Positions 55,430 through 64,000 of a DNA stretch of 64,000 nucleotides are shown piece after piece. Position numbers and translations under genes: made by a program. The notes under the pieces were generated by a model. That model did not search any database and was not told the DNA's origin. It was given only the letters and a program-made list of their open reading frames with translations. This DNA comes from Octopus vulgaris (Eukaryota). Position 1 is the stretch's first letter; each line of letters begins with the position of its first letter. The DNA is taken from contig OX597842.1 in the NCBI GenBank assembly GCA_951406725.2, positions 20,770,001 through 20,834,000 on the forward strand. Direction: 5' to 3'.

Positions 55430-56719
55430 GAGGGGCGTTCAATAAGTAATGCCCCTAACCCACTTCCCATAGCAGTAGAGCAACGAAACTTGGCACAGTT
55501 ATTAGTCTTTTTCTACATAGGAACCACCCAGAGTTACGCATTTTCCCATCGTTTGATGCAGCTCTGGAGACCGTTTTTGTAGAAGACCCCAGCTTGGTCC
55601 TCCAATCCCGACGTGACTTCAGAAATCAAGGCTGCATCATCTGGGAAACGCTTTCCTTTCAAAAACAACTTCATGGCTGGGAAGAGGTGAAAATCAGAGG
55701 GTGCAAGAATAAGAGAGTAGGGGGATGGGGGAGGAGTTCATAGCCATACGCCAGTGCTTCTGATCTGGTGACACACGAGTTGTGGACCGGAGCGTTGTCC
55801 TGCAGGAGGAGGATGCCTTTCCTGATCTTGCCCCGCCTCTTGATTTTGGTAGCTTCTCTTAAATTCCTCAAAATGAAGCATAATAGGCTCCTGTAATTGT
55901 GGTACCCTTTGCCAGGAAATCTGTCATCACTACTCCGCCCTGATCCTAGAAGACTGTGAGCACGACCTTGCCAGCGGAGGGCTGAACCCTTGCCTTCTTT
56001 GGAGGAGGTGAGTCACGTTGCTTCCACTGCATTGACTGGGCTTTGGTCTCTGGATCATAGTGATGGACCCAGGTTTCATCCTGTGTAATCAGTCTTTTGA
56101 AAAATTTTGACTCATCTTCTTGGCACATCTCCAAATTCATCCTCGAGCACTCGACGCGTTCTTGCTTCTGGAAAGGTGTGAGCAACCTGAGAATCCATCT
56201 GGCAGACAACTTTTGGATATGCAAATGGCCATGAATGATAGTTTCCACGGACCCGGTACTAATCTTGACCTCATGGGCTATTTGGCGAATAGTTATGCGT
56301 CGATCTTCCAAAATAGCAGCCTTAACTTGACGGACAGATGCCTCATCAATGGCAGAAGGGGGGGCGACCAGATCTGGGAGCTGTTTCCACAGAGTTCCGA
56401 CCATGCTTGAATTCACGATGCCTGCGTTTTACAAGGTCATATGATGGGGCATCATCACCATAAGTTACTTTCATTTCATCAAAAGTCTCCCGTGGTGTGC
56501 GTCCTTTCAAATACAAAAACCGAATCACTGCTCGACACTGAACAGGCTCCATTTCACACTTGACTGAGTTCAAACACCTGTAAATCAGAAACCACAATTA
56601 GTTCAGAGCTGTAATTTGCCACTTAATCTATAGAGATATAAATAATTGCACATGCAAAATTTCAGCTAGATCAACCAACTACAAGTGGGTCAGAGGCATT
56701 ACTTATTGAACGTCCCTCG
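55429..56719 (-). mobile_element. Full-length mariner (DD34D, irritans/SETMAR-like) with inactive transposase
   Basis: TIRs CGAGGGGCGTTCAATAAGTAATGCC / GGCATTACTTATTGAACGTCCCTCG, TA TSD; RAVIRFL, WILRLLT, TQDETWV, QDNAPVH motifs; frameshifts and a stop. Confidence 0.95.
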
Positions 56720-56818
56720 TAACGGGAAACTTTATGAAAATAAACAAAAGACGAAGACATGTGGAGCACAAACAAACAATTGTATTAGTATGGCGCTCAG
56801 GAATATAAATAAAACAAG

Positions 56819-56856
56819 TCTTTTACGTTTCGAGCCTACGCTCTTCAACAGAAAGA
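56819..56856 (-). ncRNA. Minimal hammerhead motif in a solo PLE end (56722-56925)
   Basis: TCTTT-CTGTTGA-AGAGC-GTAG-GCTC-GAAAC-GTA-AAAGA; flank related to 9600-9700. Confidence 0.65.
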
Positions 56857-56923
56857 TACACAGAAAAGAAACACTGAGAGAAACAAGAAGAGAAGAAAAA
56901 TGCGTGCAGAAGCTAGCGAATAC

Positions 56924-57045
<122 letters not shown>

Positions 57046-57053
57046 TTAAACAT

Positions 57054-57085
57054 AACATTTCAGGTTTCACACCCTTCTTCAGTTT
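57054..57085 (-). ncRNA. Degenerate minimal hammerhead
   Basis: CTGAAGA-AGGGT-GTGAA-ACCT-GAAATGTT; stem I poor. Confidence 0.4.
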
Positions 57086-57341
57086 GGAGAGGGACATTAA
57101 ATTGCAGATGATAATGATGATGATGATGACAACGACGACGACGACGACGACTATGATGATGATGATGATGATAATAATATTAATAATAGTCATAAACTCA
57201 ACATTTGATTTATAGTGTGAATTTGTGAAATTTAATTACAACAGAATTTAGTTATTTTATTGTAATTAATATATACACGGAAAAGTCATTGGAATGTTTT
57301 GAGGAAAAATAAACAAATCACGAATAAAATGTTTTGCTTAC

Positions 57342-57394
57342 CTACAATATTCAACTTCAAATGCTCCTGTCAAGGTTAATAACTCGTGTTCCAC
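57342..57394 (-). CDS. Candidate upstream aGPCR exon (VEHELLTLTGAFEVEYC)
   Basis: TTGCAG acceptor, GTAAGC donor, open in phase 0 only; no phase-matched next exon found. Confidence 0.45.
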
Positions 57395-57822
57395 CTGCAA
57401 TAGTTGAATATATATATTATTTTAATAAATGTAAGAAATTTAACTGAATAATAGAGGACGGCTATATTTATTGCCCGTGATCATGTCTCTGCGTAAGATA
57501 TCTCAGGACATAAAAATGACGTCAAGGTCTGTCACCATATGAACTTTCATTAAAGACTAGAAGACGGAGAGACATTTTTCTTGGGCAGTGTAAGTCTCAT
57601 CTTCTGCAGGTATAAAAATAGGACATTGAAGTGGTTTAGTAGAACGAAATGGAGCTGATTCTCTGATGTTCAAAAGCCCAAACATGGTTCTTTATTTCTT
57701 GTACGCTTACAACAGTCCCCTGTGTGTTTGTGTCTCGGTATATTCACGTCTTTAAAAATGTCCATATATACTTCTATACCTACGTACAAATGTATGATCT
57801 AATATATGTATATATATATATA

Positions 57823-57875
<53 letters not shown>

Positions 57876-57978
57876 GGAGTAAACACATAAATATGAAACA
57901 AGGTGGAAAAAGGAGTACTCAAATACCAGGAGTAGAGTAATATGCTTTATTTAAAAGCAGCAGAAAATTCAACAAAAC

Positions 57979-58016
57979 CTGTTACTCTGAGTTTCACGTT
58001 CCCGTTCGTCGGACAG
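57979..58016 (-). ncRNA. Minimal hammerhead (CCGACGA variant)
   Basis: CTGT-CCGACGA-ACG-GGAA-CGT-GAAAC-TCAGA-GTA-ACAG in a 190-bp element between two (TA)n runs. Confidence 0.65.
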
Positions 58017-58084
58017 TTTTCGCTAGAATAGAACCGATATGCCAATTCTATCAAGTCTTGATATATATATATATATATATATAT

Positions 58085-59622
58085 ATTAGGGAGTAAATCC
58101 AAACTTACAGGGAAAAATTAGATTTAGGATTAAATCTAATTTTATAGTATAAATATATTTTATATTATATTAAATTACAAAACCTCGCTAAGATAAGTAT
58201 TTATTTATATTTAAGATCTTTGAATTTTAATATTTATAAGTCTTATGGTATAATATTATTGTTTTTTATATATACATCGTTGTTTATCCAATTATCGTAA
58301 CTTTCTATATAATTATTAGATATTAACTTTAAGTTTATTCGTAAGAATTTACTTTGCGTGAGATGTTGTTTGATAGCAAGTATATGAGTTTGTATAAGTT
58401 AGATTCATGTATATACATGTATTAATAGCATTAATTGTAGTTTTAAATTTCTTATAATTATTATTTTAACTTATATATTGTCTTTTTAAATTGTTATTTG
58501 CTAGTTACATTATTCCCATTGATAAATATATTAATAGTATTTATTTGTTACTATATAACTACAAATTGATTATTTCTTTAAGTACTTTAAAGATAAGATT
58601 TTTGAAAGTTATTATTTAGATAAAGAGATAAAGATAGTTAATTTACTATAGCGTTCGTTTAAGATGGTTTGTTTGTATTTTTGAAATTAGCTATTTCATC
58701 TTTAAATATGAAAAATTAATTTATTAGGTCTTTATTATATGTGCATATATTTATTTATAGAAATTATTTAGATCTTAATTATATATTTATATACATATAT
58801 ATATTTTCATTCATAATTTATATATTATTTAAATTTTATATTTTAATAATATGAATAATCATTTTTTTGTAAAATATTTATGTAACTAGATATTGACTAT
58901 TACTGATATTAGATTATTGGTTGGTTTCTTACCTTAAAAATTAATACTTAAAAATTAAAATTAATATTTAATATTAAAATTTAATATTAAAATTAATATT
59001 TAATCGTTGTTTTGACATAATCATAATCGTTAAGTTTCTAGTTTGATAAAAGAGTTTTTTATAAGAAAATTTATTATATTATTTATTTCTTAAAAAATAT
59101 TGTTTAAATATTTTTGATTATTTATTAAAATATTAAAATTAACCTGAAGATAGACTAACCATAACTCGAATTATTAATTGAATTTAAATTATTGTTATTC
59201 GAATTGGTTACGGGCATGAAATGATCGTAGTGTTTTTACTCTTTATCTTATTAAACTTTTAATACTTTTTGATCGTTTATAACAAAATAAATAAATAAAT
59301 AAATAAATATAAAAATATTTAAAAATTTTTAAAATATAAAATCTTTTTTTAAATAAATAAAAATAAAAATAAAATTAGAAAAATAAATAATTAAATAAAA
59401 GAATAATAAAAAAATATATATATTTATAATTTATAAGTTTAAATTATTAATTTAAATAATTTTTTTAAATTTTAGCTTTAATTTAAATATTTTAATTGGA
59501 TTTTTATATTTTATATTTTATATTTTTTATATATTTTTTATTAATTTTATTTCTATGTACTGGCTTATGATTTTCACTGTTTGATTTGCCTAGTAGTGGT
59601 TTTATCTCTAATTTAATATAAA

Positions 59623-59625
<3 letters not shown>
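58085..59625 (+). mobile_element. Long AT-rich family D element with inverted terminal piece and degenerate hammerhead (59144-59230)
   Basis: CTGAAGA...TAACCA...TGGTTA...GAAATGATCGTA; ends shared with 25690-26178. Confidence 0.55.
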
Positions 59626-59687
<62 letters not shown>

Positions 59688-59690
<3 letters not shown>

Positions 59691-60077
59691 TCTCTATATA
59701 TAAACGGCAGTTTGTCTGTGCGTGTTTCTGTGTGTCTGTTTTCTCGTACCCTCACCCTGACCACGGCTTTCAACCGATTCTGATGAAACTTGACACACAC
59801 ATAGCCCAATGTCATAATTCAAAACTAACGCAGCGAAAATTTTGAAAAGTTCCCCCAGTTCTGAAAAAAAAATCGATAAATTCGACATGGGGTCGAGAAT
59901 AAAAAAAAACAAACCACAGACTGTCTAGGGGACGCAACTCAACCTTTTTTTACTCTCAAAAAACAATTTACCATAATTTTTTTTCCATTTTTTTGCTATT
60001 TTTTGGCTATAACTCTCTAAAGATGCTTTATAGTTATTTCCCTTACAAACCTGAGCAACGCCGGGCGATACTGCTAG
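59688..60077 (+). mobile_element. Non-autonomous Helitron
   Basis: 5' TC, 3' CTAG preceded by a GC-rich hairpin-like CCTGAGCAACGCCGGG, inserted between A and T, no TSD. Confidence 0.8.
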
Positions 60078-60930
60078 TATATATATATATATATAAAATT
60101 CACCGAAATTGTGAACCTTCAGTGAGGTTCACATCAATTTCGGGTTGATATGTTATCATTAGAGGTGAAAACTGCTTAAAGGCATTGTTGTTGGTAAGTG
60201 AGTGTGCTTCAGCAAACCTTATTGGATATTATGGACTGAGGTTCTAAAATTTGATGCAAATGAGTCTGTGTAGTTGGTGAAACAGTATGTATTCGGATAC
60301 AGAATCGGATTAATGATTAAACTAATTGAGTGAAGATTGCATAGAAAGGGATTAGAAAATAGGATTTCATAGGAATTTATATTATTAATTGGATACGTCA
60401 ATAAGCAATAACAGTTTGAGCACATTGTGCTGCACTTGGTTTTTAATTATATAATTAGTATTAGTTGATAATTTTCAGGCAAATTGTAGTTGTCCTTCAG
60501 TTTTATTTTATATATAATGTATATTTGGAATATACAGAGATAAGAGAATCAAGAAGAAAATAAGTGAATTACTGGGCTTCTGTTGAAAGAAAAACCTTAC
60601 GTCTTGGGAGAAATTACGGATTTTTTTAAACATTAAATTTACTTTGTAGTAAAAATGCGTCAAGTCTATATAACTGTCCAGAAATATATAAGAATCTGGT
60701 CTTTACGCATTTATAATATATGTGCTAACATGACTGTGAACTGCTATTGAGGCCTTTGATGCCATATTGACATCAAAACATATATTGGTATACTGTTTAA
60801 ACTAAATACAGTTATCTTAATCAAAGCCGCGGTTATCTTTCAACCAAATGAATAATGTTGTCTACTACGTGTGTTTTCTTCCTTATTTAGTTGATGATTG
60901 ACATTCGTTTTATATGACACGTCTGTGTGT

Positions 60931-60973
<43 letters not shown>

Positions 60974-61027
60974 GAAAGATAGAGAGAAACGAAGAGAGGG
61001 ATCGAAAGAAAATACATGCTAACTCAC

Positions 61028-61134
61028 GGCTCTAGATATATTTTCGGTGGTGTTTTCCTTTTCAGTTAACTTCTTAAAAGTCGAATATGTGTCCACGGTA
61101 TAAATCAGATGAAGTTCAAAGGAATGCGTCCAAC
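61028..61134 (-). CDS. Candidate upstream aGPCR exon
   Basis: Open frame WTHSFELHLIYTVDTYSTFKKLTEKENTTENISRA, gtgagt donor, phase 0 joins 57394. Confidence 0.4.
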
Positions 61135-61345
61135 CTATTCAATAACATAAAAGAAAAACCTAGACATTGCGATTATAAATGAGATATGTGCCACGGATGC
61201 ACTGAGTGGCATATACTATGAACATAGAAATATAAATTTAACAGTGGGTTGTTATATAATCACCGGTTATTTAATATCCCGTATGAAACCGATTGCTAAT
61301 ATCAGTTGTAGTCAGTCTATAATACCGTATACTTTCGTTAATATA

Positions 61346-61564
61346 TATTTCTTTATTACCCACAAGGGGCTAAACATAGAGGGGACAAATAAGGACAAAG
61401 TATTAAGTCGATTATATCGAACCCAATGCATAACTAGTACTTAATTTATCGACCTCGAAAGGATGAAAGACAAAGTCGACCTCGGCGGAATTTGAACTCA
61501 GAACGTAACGGCAGACGTAATACGGCTACGCATTTTGCTCGGCCTGCTAACGTTTCTGCCAGCT
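61346..61564 (-). mobile_element. SINE family B
   Basis: Collinear with 44559-44794. Confidence 0.85.
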
Positions 61565-61879
61565 ATAGCCAGTCTACGGACAAATATGCAATTGCATAAT
61601 TGTCTGGCTTATGGATTCTTTCACGAGAGAGATAGATGAAAATATAGGATTATTTCAATACTATTTAAATATGATTCATATGCATATGTATTTTTTCAGT
61701 GTGTGTTTACTTTTGTAACTGCCTTTGTGCGATGCGTTATACCCAGTTACCTTTAATATGTTCTGCTTAAGGTCTTGTATGGTTGAGAGAGTCACTGGCT
61801 AGATTTCCCTTTTAGGCATAGGAGATTAGAGTGTAGGTAATATGCATATGCAGGGTTTACTCATGGATATGTATGTGTG

Positions 61880-61921
<42 letters not shown>

Positions 61922-62187
61922 GATAATATTAGGGAGTAAATCCAAACTTACAGGGAAAAATTAGATTTAGGATTAAATCTAATTTTACAGTATAAATACA
62001 TATATTAAATTAGATAAAAACCACTATTAGGCAAATCAAACAGTGAAAAACATAAACCAAAACATTGAAATAAAATTAATTAATATAATATACAAAATAT
62101 ATAAAATATAAAATTCAAAATTTAAATAATTTAAATTTAAAGTTAAAATTTAAAAACTTTTTTAACTTATTAATTTATACATATAAT

Positions 62188-62223
<36 letters not shown>

Positions 62224-62480
62224 ATTATTTCTATTTTTATTATTATTATTATTTTTATTTTTTATTTTTTTTAATTATATATATTTTTTTTAATAGTATA
62301 TATAACTATCAAAAAGTATTACAAAGATTAATATAAGATAAAAAGTATAATATAAGATAAAAAAGTAAAACCACAATAATTTAAATTCTGAAATTTAAAT
62401 AATTTAAATTTTGAATTTTATATTTTATATATTTTGTATATTATATTAATTATCTCTAATTATCTCTAATTTAATATATA
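61922..62480 (-). mobile_element. AT-rich family D element
   Basis: Reverse complement of 25690-26178, with a short inverted piece at its right end. Confidence 0.7.
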
Positions 62481-62484
62481 TATA

Positions 62485-62645
62485 GGCGTAGACGTTACTG
62501 TGTAGTAAGTTTGCTTCCCAGTCGCAAAGGACTCAGTCCCACTGTGTAGCACATTGATCAAGTGTCTTAAACTTGGTAGTGGATTTGATAGACACAAAGT
62601 GAAAGGAGCCCGTCATATATATGCGTATGTGTGTGTGTGTGTCTG
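62485..62645 (+). mobile_element. Old SINE family A head
   Basis: GGCGTAG..GTGTAGTAAG..CAGTCCCACTG..GTGGATTTGATAGAC. Confidence 0.6.
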
Positions 62646-62819
62646 TGTGTCTTTATATATATATATATATACAGAGAGAGAGAGGAGGAGGGGGAGAGAG
62701 AGGAGGAGGACAGGGAGAGATTCAATTAAAGGTTTGATACCTCATTAAGTAATAAAACATCCGATGAATTCATTTGTGTATGACCTAAGATAACTGCTGA
62801 GTATTATATTTAATATTCA

Positions 62820-63255
62820 ACCATAAGGTAATAGGATGGTCTGGGGCATACGATTGTTTAAGAATAATAAGAAAACAGAGATGGACAATTTAATGATTAT
62901 TTATTAATTACGGAAATAGACATAGTCTCTGACAGCTGTTTCGGAGTTATCAAAATGAATATAAATTTATATCTATTTATAGAAATTATAAATATAAAAA
63001 TATACAAATATACCTCCCCCCTTACAAGGTTTATACCATGTTCTTTCTATAAAACAATATTCAGTTAGCTGCCATGCTCTGTACACTAAACAAATCATGT
63101 AATTGTATAACTTTTTGCTACCTTTGTCGAGATTGAACTTTATAGTGTTTTAAATTATTCTAGTTAATTTCTAAGATCGAATCGAAACAGCTGTCAGAGT
63201 CTATATCTATTTTTGTAATTAATTAACTATTAACTTTTCCATCCCTATTATCTTA
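62820..63255. repeat. Fold-back element with hammerhead 3' halves (GAAACAGCTGTC) in both arms
   Basis: 62902-62943 is the reverse complement of 63183-63222. Confidence 0.6.
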
Positions 63256-63291
63256 TATATATATATACATACATACACAAACATATATATG

Positions 63292-63371
<80 letters not shown>

Positions 63372-63373
<2 letters not shown>

Positions 63374-63505
63374 AAATATTACATTATATAATTAGGGCTT
63401 AGTAAAATAAATTACTTTGCCACATACTGAACTTAGTAGACTAAGTTCAGTATGTGGCAAAGTAATTTATTTTACTAAGCCCTAATTATATAATGTAATA
63501 TTTTG
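63372..63505. repeat. Perfect palindrome, 66-bp arms, 2-nt loop
   Basis: 63372-63437 is the exact reverse complement of 63440-63505. Confidence 0.95.
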
Positions 63506-63576
63506 AATTCGCCTTAAATGGTCCTTTTACATACTGAACACTTGGTGAAATTGATTAATTAATTAATTTTACCCTC

Positions 63577-63609
<33 letters not shown>

Positions 63610-63846
63610 ATGAGGGAGATAAATTAATATTAATTTTAATATCAATTTAAAACCAGTAGTCCAGCATACAAAAAATCTGAGAAGTCAGAGAAAATTCTAA
63701 TATATGTGTATATTGGCAGGGCTTACTGCTAGGAAGTCGGCCGTATGTTAGAAACAGATCCCTAGTGTAATCGGTAAAACTAAGCACGTGTCTGTCCTGG
63801 CACGGAAAGCTGGGGTTAGTTTTGTAGTTTACATTTACAATGAACG

Positions 63847-63922
63847 AATGCACTGAAGAAACACGGACATTTGAATTACGTAAGTAATTCTATTGTTAAA
63901 GGCCGAAACCGAGGTATGCATT
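63847..63922 (+). ncRNA. Hammerhead ribozyme motif with long stem II
   Basis: AATGCA-CTGAAGA-...GAATTAC-GTAA-GTAATTC...-CGAAAC-CGAG-GTA-TGCATT. Confidence 0.7.
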
Positions 63923-64000
63923 TAATTCTATTTTTTATATAAATTTTCATCTGTCCTGCCCGCCAAATTTGGTTCTGGCGTTCGCTGAATTTTTCCTCTA

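Noticed and set aside
60180-60860. Possible decayed coding sequence (IPFY, WLKDN, a gtaagg donor)
   Set aside because: Many stops; the motifs are too short to assign to a PLE or an Ig exon.

Overview
Eukaryotic, AT- and microsatellite-rich animal DNA. The repeat complement (tRNA-derived SINEs, Neptune-type Penelope-like elements, RTE and Dong/R4 LINEs) and the style of the gene point to a coleoid cephalopod, most likely Octopus; this is inference. The only host gene is a multi-exon adhesion GPCR on the minus strand. I reconstructed it by hand as 13 phase-compatible exons from 49053 to the stop at 23205 (HormR - GAIN/GPS - 7TM), with uncertain and partly disrupted SEA-like exons further upstream (54416-61134). 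Everything else is mobile or repetitive DNA: three Penelope-like elements (PLEs; two form a ~3 kb inverted pair), a full-length RTE LINE with its partner SINE, Dong/R4 pieces inserted in (TAA)n, Tc1 and mariner relics, a MITE, a non-autonomous Helitron, many SINEs and a 6 kb CA/TACA satellite. The most striking hidden signal is about 15 minimal hammerhead-ribozyme motifs of many sequence families. They sit in PLE ends and in short, often fold-back elements inserted next to (TA)n, and several are in the sense strand of the GPCR introns. A candidate -1 ribosomal frameshift between a coiled-coil-like ORF1 and the RT of the Neptune PLE is also visible. All motif calls were made by eye; none were checked computationally.
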